From positions 96,001 through 160,000 of the forward strand of contig JAQBHB010000047.1 in assembly GCA_032128115.1 (NCBI GenBank): a DNA stretch of 64,000 nucleotides, written 5' to 3'. This DNA is from Deltaproteobacteria bacterium (GTDB lineage: Bacteria; Myxococcota_A; UBA9160; SMWR01). The notes beneath the pieces were generated by a model, which ran no database searches, was not told the origin of the DNA, and saw only the letters and a list, made by a program, of their open reading frames with translations. The stretch's first letter is position 1. Each line of letters opens with the position of its first letter. Positions 54,500 to 64,000 of the stretch are shown here, piece after piece. Both the position numbers and the translations under genes were made by a program.

Positions 54500-55525
54500 A
54501 TGAGCGAAACCGTGAACCGCCAGTGGCTGCTTTCCCGCAGGCCGGTCGGCATGGTGAGCGAATCCGATTTCGAATACCGCGAATTGCCCCTGCCCGACCT
54601 GGCCGAGGGCGAATACCGCGTCCGGAATCTCTACGTCTCGTTCGATCCCGCCATGCGCGGCTGGATGGACGATCGACCCAGTTACATTCCGCCGGTCCAG
54701 ATCGGCGAAGTGATGCGTGCAGGGGCCGTGGGGCAGGTGGTGGAGTCGCGCCATCCCGACTTCGAGGTCGGCGACTTCGTGCAGGGACTGTTCGGATGGC
54801 AGGACTACAGCGACGCGGGCACGGGGCTCAACCAGGGCACGAAGCTCCCGCCGGGGACGTCCCTCACCTGGCCCCTGGGCGTGCTGGGTATCACGGGGCT
54901 CACGGCTTATTTCGGCCTGCTCGATCTGGGCGTGCCCCAGAAGGGCGAGACCGTGGTGGTATCCGGTGCGTCCGGGGCCACGGGCTCCGTGGCGGCGCAG
55001 ATCGCGCGCATCAAGGGCTGCACGGTCGTCGGCATCGCCGGAGGTGCCGAGAAGTGCGCCTGGCTCACGGGCGAGGCGCGCCTGGATGCCGCCATCGACT
55101 ACAAGTCCGAGAACGTGGGGCAGCGCCTGGGGGAGTTGTGTCCCCAGGGCATCGACGTCTACTTCGACAACGTGGGCGGCCCGATCCTGGACGCCGTGCT
55201 GGCGCGGATCGCCCGGCGCGCACGCATCGTGATGTGCGGCGGCATCTCGGGCTACAACGAGAAGGAGCCGCCTCCGGGGCCCCGCAACCTGATGAACCTG
55301 GTGATCCAGCGCGCCCGCATGGAGGGCTTCATCGTGCTGGACTACGCAGCGCGCTTCGGAGAGGGCATCGTGGATCTCGCACGTTGGGTGGCGGAGGGCG
55401 AGATCGTCCACCAGGAGGACATCCAGGAGGGCATCGAGAACGCCCCGCTCACATTCCTGCGCCTGTTCAAGGGCCAGAACCGCGGCAAGCAACTCCTGAA
55501 GCTGGCCGCCCCCCCGATCGTGTAG
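54500..55525 (+). CDS. NADP-dependent oxidoreductase (CurA/PTGR-like MDR)
   Basis: NRQWLL..RP.G, SFDPAMRGWM, GLTAYFGL, YFDNVGG, CGGISGYN. Confidence 0.93.
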   Translation: MSETVNRQWLLSRRPVGMVSESDFEYRELPLPDLAEGEYRVRNLYVSFDPAMRGWMDDRPSYIPPVQIGEVMRAGAVGQVVESRHPDFEVGDFVQGLFGWQDYSDAGTGLNQGTKLPPGTSLTWPLGVLGITGLTAYFGLLDLGVPQKGETVVVSGASGATGSVAAQIARIKGCTVVGIAGGAEKCAWLTGEARLDAAIDYKSENVGQRLGELCPQGIDVYFDNVGGPILDAVLARIARRARIVMCGGISGYNEKEPPPGPRNLMNLVIQRARMEGFIVLDYAARFGEGIVDLARWVAEGEIVHQEDIQEGIENAPLTFLRLFKGQNRGKQLLKLAAPPIV

Positions 55526-55553
55526 ACGCCGTGCGAGACCCTCACGCGCTTCG

Positions 55554-57938
55554 TCACCGCGACGGTGGGAATCGTGGAGATGCGCCCTGTTCAACGCCCG
55601 GAGCGGATCCGGCGAACTCTACAGGCGTTCGAAGCGGGGCGGGCGTTTCTCCAGGTAGGAACTCACGCCCTCGGCGAAGTCCTTGCGGCCGAAGCTCTCG
55701 ATCATCAGCCGCACGGCCCTGGCATGGGCCGGAGCCAGGGGCTCCTCGAGGGCCTGATAGACCTGGCGCTTCATGATCTGCAGCGATGCGGGCGAGCATC
55801 TTTCCGCGATGGTGCGCACGTAGTCCTGCACGAAGGGCATCAGCTCGTCGTGGGGCAGGGTGCGGTTGACGATGCCCACGCGCTCGGCCTCGGCGCCGTC
55901 GAATTTGCGGCCCGTGAACAGCAGGTCCAGGGCATGGCCGGTGCCGACCAGGCGCGGCAGCAGCCACGAGATGCCCCATTCGGCTACCAGGCCGCGCTGC
56001 GCGAACGCGGTGGTGAAGACTGCGCGATCCGATGCGAAGCGCAGGTCGCAGCCCAGCGCGATGGGCAGGGCCATGCCGGCGCACGGCCCGTTGATGGCGG
56101 CGATCACGGGCTTCCGGATCGTCATCAGATAGGTGTAGGTGTGGCGGAAGCTGTCGAGCTCCGGATCGCCCGGCTCGGCGTCGAGCTCGCTCACGTCTTC
56201 CGCCTCGCGGTCGCCCTCGCTGATTCCCTTGAGCCGCTGCAGATCCGCGCCGGCGCAGAAGCCTCGGCCGGCCCCGGTGAGTACGATCGCCACCACCTTC
56301 GGGTCGGCCTCGGCCGCGGCCATGGCGTGCTTGACCTCGGCGCCCATGCGGTCGGTCCAGGCGTTGAGGCGATCGGGGCGGTTGAGGGTGACCGTTGCAA
56401 TGGGGTCGTCGACCTGGAAGAGGATCTCCTGATACACGGGCTTCTCCTTGGGCGGATTCGCGGCTCGCGATTCGCTCGACGAGCAGCGTGCGTTGAATCT
56501 GATTCGTGGCGGGCGTGCGCGGCAGGCTGTCGACGCACTCGAGTCGCCGCGGTTTCTTGAAGGAGGCCAGGCGACCTTCGCAGTGGCTCTGCAGGTCTTC
56601 CAGGCTCGGGGCCGCACCCGCGGCGGCGACGACCACGGCACACACCACCTCGCCCCACCTGGGATCCGGCAGGCCCACGACGGCAATCTCCAGCACGCCC
56701 GGGCAGCTGGCGAGCGCCTGTTCCACTTCGCTGGGCGCCACCGTCTCGCCCCCGGTGCGGATCACGTCGCGCAGGCGGCCCGTGATCGAGAGATGGCCCT
56801 CGTCGTCCAGGGCGCCCAGGTCGCCGGTGCGGTACCAGCCGTCCTCGAGCGCGCCGGCGGTGGCCTCGGGGTTGTCGAAGTAGCCGTCCATCAGGTAGGC
56901 GCTGCGCACGCAGATCTCGCCCGCGTCGCTGAGGCGAAGATCCACCCCGGGCGCCGGCGGGCCCACGCTGCCTGGCTTGCGAAGCACGTCCGCGTCGGCC
57001 AGGGCGGTGCCGGCTCCGCATTCGGTGGAACCGTAGTAGACGCGCGTAGCGGTGTGCGGGAGGCGTTGCTTCAGTGCCGCGATCAGCTCGGGAGGCGTCG
57101 CCGACGTTCCCGTGTCGGCTTCGCGCAGGCTCGAGAGGTCGTAGCGGGCGAGGTCGGCCTCCAGGATGCGGGCCCACACGGCGGGAATGCCGTAGAAGCG
57201 GTTGGCGCGGCGCTTCTGGATGGCGTCGAGCAACGCGTCGGCGGTCGCCGACTCGACGAAGGTGATCTCGCCCCGGGTCTGCCAGGCGGCCAGAGCCAGG
57301 GTGAACGCCGCCATGTGGAACAGCGGGAACATGCAGACCGAGCGCTCGGGCACATCCCGAAAGATGCCCTGGAACGTGCGCAGGTAGTTGGCCCGGTGCG
57401 ACAGCACGACGCCCTTGGGCCTTCCGGTGCTTCCGCTGGTGAAGAAGATCACATGGGGATCGGTCTCGCAGATCGGTGCGGGGGCGATGGCACCGTCACC
57501 GGCCGCGGCCGCCTCGGCGTGGAAGTCGATGCCCGGGCCGGATTCTCCGCCCAGGCGGGCGAAGCGCGGGATCTGGGCCGCCTTGGCCACCAGCTCGCCG
57601 GCTTCCGCGCGGCGCGCATCGGTCACCAGGAGGTGGGCCCGCGCCAGCCGCGCCACGTCGGACGCCTCGTCGGCTCCCAGGCGCGCATTGATGGGCGCGA
57701 ACACGGCGCCGAGCTTCGCCAGGGCCGCGAAAAGCGGAAGTACCTGCAGGGAGGTGTCGGCCCAACAGACCACCCGATCGCCGGAACGGATGCCCCGATC
57801 GGCCAGGACGCGGGCCAGTCGATTGCTGGCGCGATCGAGCTCCCGATGGGTGAATTGGTCATTTCCCATGGACGCTGCGACCGCATCCGGGACCACTCGA
57901 GCATTGCGCCGGAAGATCTCCCCGATCGTGAGCGACAT
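55554..57938 (-). CDS. AMP-binding acyl-CoA ligase; homologous part ends near 56450, frame stays open to 55554
   Basis: FTSGSTGRPKG, YGSTE, WYRTGD, TGGETV.P.EVE, FKKPR, LPRT. The extra 298 or so codons overlap the crotonase gene in another frame. Confidence 0.85.
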   Translation of the reverse strand: MSLTIGEIFRRNARVVPDAVAASMGNDQFTHRELDRASNRLARVLADRGIRSGDRVVCWADTSLQVLPLFAALAKLGAVFAPINARLGADEASDVARLARAHLLVTDARRAEAGELVAKAAQIPRFARLGGESGPGIDFHAEAAAAGDGAIAPAPICETDPHVIFFTSGSTGRPKGVVLSHRANYLRTFQGIFRDVPERSVCMFPLFHMAAFTLALAAWQTRGEITFVESATADALLDAIQKRRANRFYGIPAVWARILEADLARYDLSSLREADTGTSATPPELIAALKQRLPHTATRVYYGSTECGAGTALADADVLRKPGSVGPPAPGVDLRLSDAGEICVRSAYLMDGYFDNPEATAGALEDGWYRTGDLGALDDEGHLSITGRLRDVIRTGGETVAPSEVEQALASCPGVLEIAVVGLPDPRWGEVVCAVVVAAAGAAPSLEDLQSHCEGRLASFKKPRRLECVDSLPRTPATNQIQRTLLVERIASRESAQGEARVSGDPLPGRRPHCNGHPQPPRSPQRLDRPHGRRGQARHGRGRGRPEGGGDRTHRGRPRLLRRRGSAAAQGNQRGRPRGGRRERARRRAGRSGARQLPPHLHLSDDDPEARDRRHQRAVRRHGPAHRAGLRPALRIGSRSLHHRVRAARPGSRMGHLVAAAAPGRHRPCPGPAVHGPQIRRRRGRARGHRQPHPAPRRADALRAGLRAHHRGKMLARIAADHEAPGLSGPRGAPGSGPCQGRAADDRELRPQGLRRGREFLPGETPAPLRTPVEFAGSAPGVEQGASPRFPPSR
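55619..56437 (-). CDS. Enoyl-CoA hydratase/isomerase (crotonase)
   Basis: TLNRPDRLNA, FCAGADL, KPVIAAING, RGLVAEWG, EKRPPRF; GTG start after AAGGAG. Confidence 0.92.
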   Translation of the reverse strand: MYQEILFQVDDPIATVTLNRPDRLNAWTDRMGAEVKHAMAAAEADPKVVAIVLTGAGRGFCAGADLQRLKGISEGDREAEDVSELDAEPGDPELDSFRHTYTYLMTIRKPVIAAINGPCAGMALPIALGCDLRFASDRAVFTTAFAQRGLVAEWGISWLLPRLVGTGHALDLLFTGRKFDGAEAERVGIVNRTLPHDELMPFVQDYVRTIAERCSPASLQIMKRQVYQALEEPLAPAHARAVRLMIESFGRKDFAEGVSSYLEKRPPRFERL

Positions 57939-57984
57939 CGAGAACAGCATGACGGAACGCATTCGCTTTTGCGAGTATCCAAGC

Positions 57985-58893
57985 GTGGCGGATCGCATCC
58001 AGGTTTCGGTGACAGTCTCGGGGCTGTCTCAGCTGTTTCCCGACGGGCTCCAGGGGCTCCTGGAGGCGGCTCGCATCGCCGACGATTCGGGCGTCGACCA
58101 GATCGCGATGCCCGATCATCTGGCCATCGGGCCCCGAACCGATCGCTATCCCTATGGCGCCTTTCCTTTCGGGAACGGGGAACCGTGGCTCGAGCCGCTC
58201 ACCGCGCTCGCCGCCATGGCCGGCGCGACGCGTCGCATCCGCCTGGCGACCAGCATCCTGATCGCGCCGCTGCGACCGGCCCTGCTGCTGGCCAAGACGC
58301 TCGCGACCCTGGACGTGGTGTCGGGGGGGCGCGTCGATCTGGGGGTGGGCACCGGCTGGCAGCGCGAGGAGTTCGAGGCCGCCGGCGTGCCGTTCCGCGG
58401 CCGGACGCCGCGCATGGACGACACGCTGCGCGCGTGCCGTGTCCTCTGGAGCCAGACGCCGGCGTCGTTCGAATCGGAGACCGTGCGTTTCGCGGATCTG
58501 ACGTGCCTTCCCCAGCCGCTGCAGAACGGGGGCATTCCCATCTGGATCGGAGGCGGCCTGACCCGGGGCAATCTGGCGCGACTCGTGGAGTACGGAGCGG
58601 GCTGGATGCCGCTCGCGGACCTGGGCGCGATCCGTTCCGGTGTGGCGGTTCTGCGCGACGCCATGGCCGCCGCCGGGCGCGATCCCGACACCCTGGGTGT
58701 TCGCGCCAACGCGCCCGCGCTCCGCAACGCGGAAGGCCGCGTGGACCTGGCGGCAACGCTTGGGGGCCTTCCCGTCTTGCAGGAGGCTGGCGTTACGGTG
58801 GCCGCGTTCGCGCTGGCGCGCTTCGCACGCCGGCCGGCGGACGTGAGGCCGTTTCTCGAGAGGCTCGGGCGGGCGGGCGTTAGCGCAGGATGA
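57985..58893 (+). CDS. LLM-class oxidoreductase, probably F420-dependent
   Basis: MPDHL, YPY, EPLTALA, LAKTLATLDVVSGGR..LGVG.GW..EEF, IWIGG. Confidence 0.88.
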   Translation: MADRIQVSVTVSGLSQLFPDGLQGLLEAARIADDSGVDQIAMPDHLAIGPRTDRYPYGAFPFGNGEPWLEPLTALAAMAGATRRIRLATSILIAPLRPALLLAKTLATLDVVSGGRVDLGVGTGWQREEFEAAGVPFRGRTPRMDDTLRACRVLWSQTPASFESETVRFADLTCLPQPLQNGGIPIWIGGGLTRGNLARLVEYGAGWMPLADLGAIRSGVAVLRDAMAAAGRDPDTLGVRANAPALRNAEGRVDLAATLGGLPVLQEAGVTVAAFALARFARRPADVRPFLERLGRAGVSAG

Positions 58894-60421
58894 GTCCCTG
58901 GTCGGGGCCCACCACTCCCGAGAAGCGGTCGCCCTCGCCGACGCCGTCGCTGGCCAGCTCCACCCGCAGCGAATCGCCCGGGTCGAATGCGATGGGTGCG
59001 CCGGCGAAACTCACGATCACGGTGCGCTGGTCGTCGCCGGCGCGGCGGCGGTAGACCAGAAGACCGTCCGGCGCCGGCACGAACTCGAAGGTACCCAGGC
59101 GCAGGGCCTCGCTGTTCCGTCGGGCCGCGAGCAAGCGCCGGTACAGGTGCAGGATCGAGTCCGATGCGCCGCGCTGCGTCTCGACGCTGCGGGCGCCGGC
59201 TTGCGGCGACCAGGGCAGCCAGGGTTCGCGACCCCAGCCGTGGGGAGGTTCCGCCCGCCACGGGATGGGCGAGCGACAGCCATCTCGTCCACCCGGATCG
59301 ACCACCCGCTCTTCCGGCACCTGGGCGTCTTCGAGGCCGAGCTCTTCACCCATGTACAGGAAGGCCGTGCCGCGCAGGCTGAGCAGCATCACGGCGGCCG
59401 CCCGGGCCCGGGCTTCGGAGCCGTAGCGGGTGCGCTGGCGCACCACGTCGTGATTCGAGAGCACCCAGGTCGGCCACGCCGAGAGCGGATCGAGCAACGC
59501 CCAGGTCTTCTCGAGGCACTCCCGCCACGTCGCCGCGGTCCACTCGGCGAAGAGCGGCGGGAAGTTGAAGCTCAGATGCAGCTCGTCTCCCTTTCCGAAG
59601 TAGGGGCCGATCTGCTCGATGGCGAGCAGCCACACCTCGCCCACCATCATGCGATCGCCCGGATACGAGTCGAGAAGGCGGCGGATCCGGCGCAGGTACT
59701 CGTGGGTCACGGGCACATCGTTCAGCACGCCGTGGGGGATGGGGGCCAGGCGCGCCTCCACGTCCGGGAGCTTCGGGTCCTTGCCGATGTTGTGGATCAC
59801 GTCGGCCCGGAAGCCGTCCACCCCGCGGTCGAGCCAGAAACGCAGCACCGCGTACATGGCTTCCTCGACCTCCGGGTTCGCCCAGTTCAGGTCGGGTTGG
59901 TCGCGCAGGAACGAGTGCAGGTAGAACTGGCCGGTCGCCTCGTCCAGGGTCCAGGCGGGGATACCCGCGGGCAGGGCGGCCCTCCAGTTGTTGGGAAGCG
60001 CTCCGTCCGGCCCCGGGTCGCGCCAGATGTACCAGTCGCGACGGGGACTCGTCCGCGAGCGGCGAGCCTCCTGGAACCAGGGGTGGTCGCTGGAAGTGTG
60101 GGCCGGAACCCAGTCGAGGATCACGCGGATGTCACGCGCGTGGGCCGCCGCCAGCAGGGCGTCGAAGTCCGACAGGCGGCCGAAGATCGGGTCGACGTCG
60201 CAGAAGTCCGAGACGTCGTAGCCGAAGTCGCGCATGGGCGATCTGAATATCGGCGAAAGCCAGATCGCATCGACGCCGAGCCACGCCAGGTATTCCAGTC
60301 GCTCGCAGATGCCGACCAGGTCGCCGACGCCGCTGCCGGTGGAGTCGGCGAAGGAGCGCGGATAGATCTGGTAGACGACCGCGTTCATCCACCAGGGCTT
60401 CGAGTCGCGGTTCGAATCCAT
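58880..60421 (-). CDS. GH13 alpha-glucosidase
   Basis: YQIYPRSF, DFGYDVSD, QPDLNW, GVDGFRADV, VGEV, SNHD, RDGCR. Confidence 0.93.
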   Translation of the reverse strand: MDSNRDSKPWWMNAVVYQIYPRSFADSTGSGVGDLVGICERLEYLAWLGVDAIWLSPIFRSPMRDFGYDVSDFCDVDPIFGRLSDFDALLAAAHARDIRVILDWVPAHTSSDHPWFQEARRSRTSPRRDWYIWRDPGPDGALPNNWRAALPAGIPAWTLDEATGQFYLHSFLRDQPDLNWANPEVEEAMYAVLRFWLDRGVDGFRADVIHNIGKDPKLPDVEARLAPIPHGVLNDVPVTHEYLRRIRRLLDSYPGDRMMVGEVWLLAIEQIGPYFGKGDELHLSFNFPPLFAEWTAATWRECLEKTWALLDPLSAWPTWVLSNHDVVRQRTRYGSEARARAAAVMLLSLRGTAFLYMGEELGLEDAQVPEERVVDPGGRDGCRSPIPWRAEPPHGWGREPWLPWSPQAGARSVETQRGASDSILHLYRRLLAARRNSEALRLGTFEFVPAPDGLLVYRRRAGDDQRTVIVSFAGAPIAFDPGDSLRVELASDGVGEGDRFSGVVGPDQGLILR

Positions 60422-60426
60422 GTCGG

Positions 60427-60948
60427 TCAGTCGGCGCTCCGTTTCTTCACCCAGCCTCGGTCGTGGGGCGCCATGAAGGCGACCGTGAGCTTCATGCGGC
60501 TATGGAGCCAGGCGCCGTCGACGCGCTCGTACTCATCGTCTTCGACGCCTGCCATCCAGTGGGCTCGATCGTCCGTCGTGGTGCAGGGTGCCAGGATGTC
60601 CCAGCGTGCGCTGGCCCGGTCGCCTTCCACCCGGATCCGGGGCTTTACGAACAGATGCCAGCTGAAGTGCAGGGACGGGGTGCGCATGCGTTCCCGGATC
60701 TGGTCGCGGCCCTGGCAGACACCCAGGGTGCCCGCGTCCCAGACGGCGTCTTCCGTGAACAGGTCGGCAATCTCAGCGGCGATGCGCTCCAGATCCGCCG
60801 CCTCCCGAGGTCGGCCGCGGGCGTAGCGCTCGTCCACCAGCTCGCCGTAGCGGGCCTTCAGGAAGGCGATGGCCTGCTCGTCCTCGACGACGCGCAGGCG
60901 TCGCTCCATTCCCATCAGCCGGGTTTCGAGATCTTCACGCGAAGCCAC
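60427..60948 (-). CDS. NTF2/SnoaL-like protein (BaiE/LinA-like)
   Basis: LKARY...D...LFTEDAVWD...WHL...DEY.RVDG.W. Confidence 0.85.
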   Translation of the reverse strand: MASREDLETRLMGMERRLRVVEDEQAIAFLKARYGELVDERYARGRPREAADLERIAAEIADLFTEDAVWDAGTLGVCQGRDQIRERMRTPSLHFSWHLFVKPRIRVEGDRASARWDILAPCTTTDDRAHWMAGVEDDEYERVDGAWLHSRMKLTVAFMAPHDRGWVKKRSAD

Positions 60949-60959
60949 GACAGGTCTCC

Positions 60960-61838
60960 TCAGCCCAGCAGGTCTGCGACCCGGTCCACGTCGTCCGGGT
61001 CGTCGTGGGTGGGGGTCAGCAGGATCTCGTCCGCCCCCAGATCGGCCAGCATGCGTACGCCGTCTCGCAGCGCGGTGCTCGAGGTGGCGGTCACCGTGGC
61101 TGCGATCTTCTCGGCGACGCCGGGCCCCATGAAATCCAGGTAGCGCTTCAGGTAGGTGTCCATGCGCTCGCGGGCGCCGGTTCCGATCCCGAACCAGAAG
61201 CCGCCCACCAGGCGCGGCGGAGTGTCGCGGCCCGCTTCCTTCCAGGCGTTGCGCGCCAGCTCGAAGCGCGTGCCCACTTCGCTCGCCGACGGACCGAAGC
61301 TGAAGTCGGTGAGGCCATCGGCCCAGCGAGCCGCCCGGCGCACCGAACGCGGAAACAGGGCGCCCGCCAGGATCTCCGGCCCACCGCTCTGGATCGGAAG
61401 CGGTTCCACCGGTCGCAGCGCGCCCGGCACCACGTTCTCGCCGGCCCAGGCGCGGCGCAGGGTCTCCACCTGTTGCTCCAGGCGCGCGAAGCGCCCGTCG
61501 AACGAAGCTCCCACGGCGCGATAATCCTCTTGGCGCCCGCCGACTCCCACACCCAGGCTCACGCGTCCCCCAGACAGCACGTCGAGGCTGGCCACCTGCT
61601 TGGCCACGTGCACCGCGCTGTGCATGGGTAGCACCAGCACCGAAAAGGCGATGGACACGCGCTCGGTGACGGCGGCGGCGGCCGATAGTGTCACGCCGAT
61701 CTCGGGATTCGGAAACGTGATGCGCTCGCCGGCGGCCAGCGTGGAGTACGGGCCCCGGTCGATGCGGCGCGACCAGTCGAGGATCCGGTCGCGGTCGAGT
61801 CCCGGCACCATGACGGGCAGGTGCATTCCGATCTTCAC
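60960..61838 (-). CDS. LLM-class flavin-dependent oxidoreductase
   Basis: GERITF, AKQVASLDVLSGGR..LGVGVGGR.EDY, RAARWADG. Confidence 0.88.
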   Translation of the reverse strand: MKIGMHLPVMVPGLDRDRILDWSRRIDRGPYSTLAAGERITFPNPEIGVTLSAAAAVTERVSIAFSVLVLPMHSAVHVAKQVASLDVLSGGRVSLGVGVGGRQEDYRAVGASFDGRFARLEQQVETLRRAWAGENVVPGALRPVEPLPIQSGGPEILAGALFPRSVRRAARWADGLTDFSFGPSASEVGTRFELARNAWKEAGRDTPPRLVGGFWFGIGTGARERMDTYLKRYLDFMGPGVAEKIAATVTATSSTALRDGVRMLADLGADEILLTPTHDDPDDVDRVADLLG

Positions 61839-61863
61839 GCGGCGGGCTCCCGGGGCGCGACGT

Positions 61864-64000
61864 TCACAGGAATGACGGCCGGTCGCCGATGATTCCGGCA
61901 TCCCGCAAGCTCTCGAGTTCATCCTGCGACAGGCCGAGTTCTCCTCCCAGGATCTCGGCGTTGTGTTGGCCCAGGGTGGGCGGCGGGCAACGGTGCAACT
62001 GGGTCCCCAGGGCCGAGAATCCCATGGGAAAGCCCGGGTAGCGCGTCTCGCCCGTGACCGGGTGCTTCATCGTCTGGAAGAAGCGCCGGTGCTCGAGCTG
62101 GGGGTGGGGCATCAGGGAGTGGGGATTGATCACCGCGGTGGCGGGGATCCCGGCGGCGAGCAAGGTTTCGACCGCATCGCAGAGCGCGATGCCCGCCAGC
62201 CAGGCTTCCAGGTGGACATCGATCTCATCGTGCCGGGCCCGCCGCCCGGCAGCGTTGGCGAGAGCCGGGTCTAGCGCCCACTCCGGGTCGCCCAGGATTT
62301 CGCGCAGCGCCCGCCACTGGTCGTCGTTGGCCACGGCCAGGGCCAGCAGTTCGTCGTCACCGGCGCAGGCGTATACACCCTGGGGAGCCGAGACGGGTCC
62401 GCGATTTCCGTCGCGACCGAGTACCCGGCCGTAGGCCGAAGTCTCGATCACCTGCTCCGCCGCGATGGCGAGCGCCGTTTCCACCAGCGGCACCTCCACG
62501 AGCTGCCCCTCGCCCGTGCGCTTGCGGTGTTCCAGGGCCATGAGCAGCGCGAAGGTGGCGTGCATTCCGGCGATGGGGTCGCAGGCGCCGCGCACCACCA
62601 GCGGCAGGTCTTCGTAGCCTGTGATCCACGCGAGTCCCGACACCTGCTCGATGGTCATGGCGAAGCCGGTGCGATCGCGCCACGGACCGTCGAGTCCAAA
62701 GGCCGGGATGCGCACCATGATCAGACGCGAACCCAACTCGCGGATCGTCTCCCACCCCAGCCCGAAGTTTTCGAGCACCCGCGGCGAGTAGTTCTCGAGC
62801 ACCACGTCGGCGCCGGCGATCAATCGCTTCACCAGCGCGAGACCTTCCTCGCTATCCAGGTTGAGTGTGATGGCACGTTTTCCGGTGTTGGCGCCGTGGA
62901 ACACGGGAGACCATTCCCAGATCTGCTCGCACGGAACCGAGCCGGCGAAGCGCATGCCATCCGGACGCTGGATCGACTCCACCTTCACCACGTCGGCGCC
63001 CAGGGCCGCGAGATAGCTGGCGGCCATGGGCCCGGCCCAGAAGGCGCTCAAGTCCACCACCCGCAGGCCCTCGAGGGGAAGCGGCGAGGCCGGGCTTCCC
63101 GGGGGTCGCGCACGCGCGCTGGCGGACTTTTCCGCGGCAGGTCCGACGTCGTCGCGCGTGCCGAGCCGGGGCGCAGCGCCGAGGGGACGCAACGGGGTCT
63201 TCTCCAGCCGATACGGGATGCGCGGTTGCGCGAACCCGCCCGGGTTGTCCTGGAAGACCCCGCGTTTCACCAGGTGGTCCATCTTCGGAAGCGTGTGGCC
63301 ATTGCCCACGGGAGCCACCGGGATCCGCATCAGACTGGCCAGTTCGACGATCTCGTCCACCGTGCGCTCGCGCGTCCAGCCGTGGATTGCCTCGCGCATG
63401 AACTCGAGATTGTCCATGCGTGTGCGCCCGTTCAGGAACTTCTCGTCTTCGCCGATGTCGGGCCGGCCGATCAGGACGCAGAAGTCCTTCCACTGTTGTC
63501 CGGTGATGGTGCAGAAGCCCACCCAGCCATCCCGGGCCGGCTCGATCGAGGGGATCTCGATGGCCCGGGGGAGGGGACCCTCGAACCACTGGCTGTTGAG
63601 ATCGTGGTAGATGGTCAGGCACAACAACATGGATTCGAACATGGACAGATCCACGTGCTGGCCGGCTCCGGTGCGCTCGGCCGAGAGGCGCGCCGACATG
63701 GCGCCGACTGCCGCGAAGGTTCCGGCGATCCACTCGCCCAGGCGCCCGCCGGCGGCGACGGGTACGCGGTCGCGCAGTCCGCGGTAGGCGATCGAGCCCG
63801 CGGCCGCCTGGAGCGTGAACTCGGTCCATGGGCGATTCGCCCACGGACCGTGGCTTCCCCACGGTGTGATCGACACCAGCGATAGCGTCGGATTGCTCCC
63901 CTGCAGTGTCGTCAGATCCAGGTCGTGACGGGCGAGCTGGCCCGGGGCGAAGCTCTCCACCACCCAATCGGCCGTTTCGGTCAGGTCGAGCAGCGTCCGC
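61864..64000 (-). CDS. Family III CoA-transferase (CaiB/BaiF), tandem two-domain; 5' end outside the window
   Basis: First unit GQHVDLSM; second unit PLEGLRVVDLSAFWAGP, GADVVKVES, NTGKR, ENYSPR, CDP, PTLGQHN. Confidence 0.92.
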   Translation of the reverse strand, partial: RTLLDLTETADWVVESFAPGQLARHDLDLTTLQGSNPTLSLVSITPWGSHGPWANRPWTEFTLQAAAGSIAYRGLRDRVPVAAGGRLGEWIAGTFAAVGAMSARLSAERTGAGQHVDLSMFESMLLCLTIYHDLNSQWFEGPLPRAIEIPSIEPARDGWVGFCTITGQQWKDFCVLIGRPDIGEDEKFLNGRTRMDNLEFMREAIHGWTRERTVDEIVELASLMRIPVAPVGNGHTLPKMDHLVKRGVFQDNPGGFAQPRIPYRLEKTPLRPLGAAPRLGTRDDVGPAAEKSASARARPPGSPASPLPLEGLRVVDLSAFWAGPMAASYLAALGADVVKVESIQRPDGMRFAGSVPCEQIWEWSPVFHGANTGKRAITLNLDSEEGLALVKRLIAGADVVLENYSPRVLENFGLGWETIRELGSRLIMVRIPAFGLDGPWRDRTGFAMTIEQVSGLAWITGYEDLPLVVRGACDPIAGMHATFALLMALEHRKRTGEGQLVEVPLVETALAIAAEQVIETSAYGRVLGRDGNRGPVSAPQGVYACAGDDELLALAVANDDQWRALREILGDPEWALDPALANAAGRRARHDEIDVHLEAWLAGIALCDAVETLLAAGIPATAVINPHSLMPHPQLEHRRFFQTMKHPVTGETRYPGFPMGFSALGTQLHRCPPPTLGQHNAEILGGELGLSQDELESLRDAGIIGDRPSFL

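Noticed and set aside
1..64000. CRISPR array, tRNA/rRNA, IS element, integron, retron or other defence system
   Set aside because: No regularly spaced repeats, cloverleaf or rRNA signatures, and no transposase, integrase, reverse transcriptase or nuclease motifs seen by eye; a covariance-model scan was not possible.

Overview
GC-rich bacterial chromosomal window with about 70 genes and no rRNA, tRNA, CRISPR array, transposase, integrase or prophage that I can see. The gene content suggests a Myxococcota/deltaproteobacterial-type organism; this is an inference. From left to right: (1) a mixed-orientation surface-glycan region (1-15750) with glycosyltransferases, an ABC exporter, a methyltransferase and a decayed TylF-type O-methyltransferase; (2) four stand-alone CBS-domain genes around a wax ester/TAG synthase, with back-to-back sigma54-type promoters; (3) a P450 / DapB-like oxidoreductase / P450 block bracketed by an imperfect direct repeat; (4) a YbjN/CesT-like chaperone, a DksA/TraR protein, a class I lysyl-tRNA synthetase with a C-terminal extension, and a Kef-type antiporter; (5) a steroid C/D-ring (HIP) catabolism-like cluster (fadD3/ipdE1/ipdF/MaoC-like) and a KstD-like flavoprotein locus that share a candidate TetR operator; (6) many small genes, including three tandem split-barrel paralogues, crcB-DUF190 and an RRM protein with a sigma54-type promoter; (7) CoA-ligase, LLM oxidoreductase and CoA-transferase genes, one ligase having apparently lost its stop codon. 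The best candidate for an undescribed system is the CBS / WS-DGAT neutral-lipid module. All product calls come from motif recognition by eye; no database searches were run.
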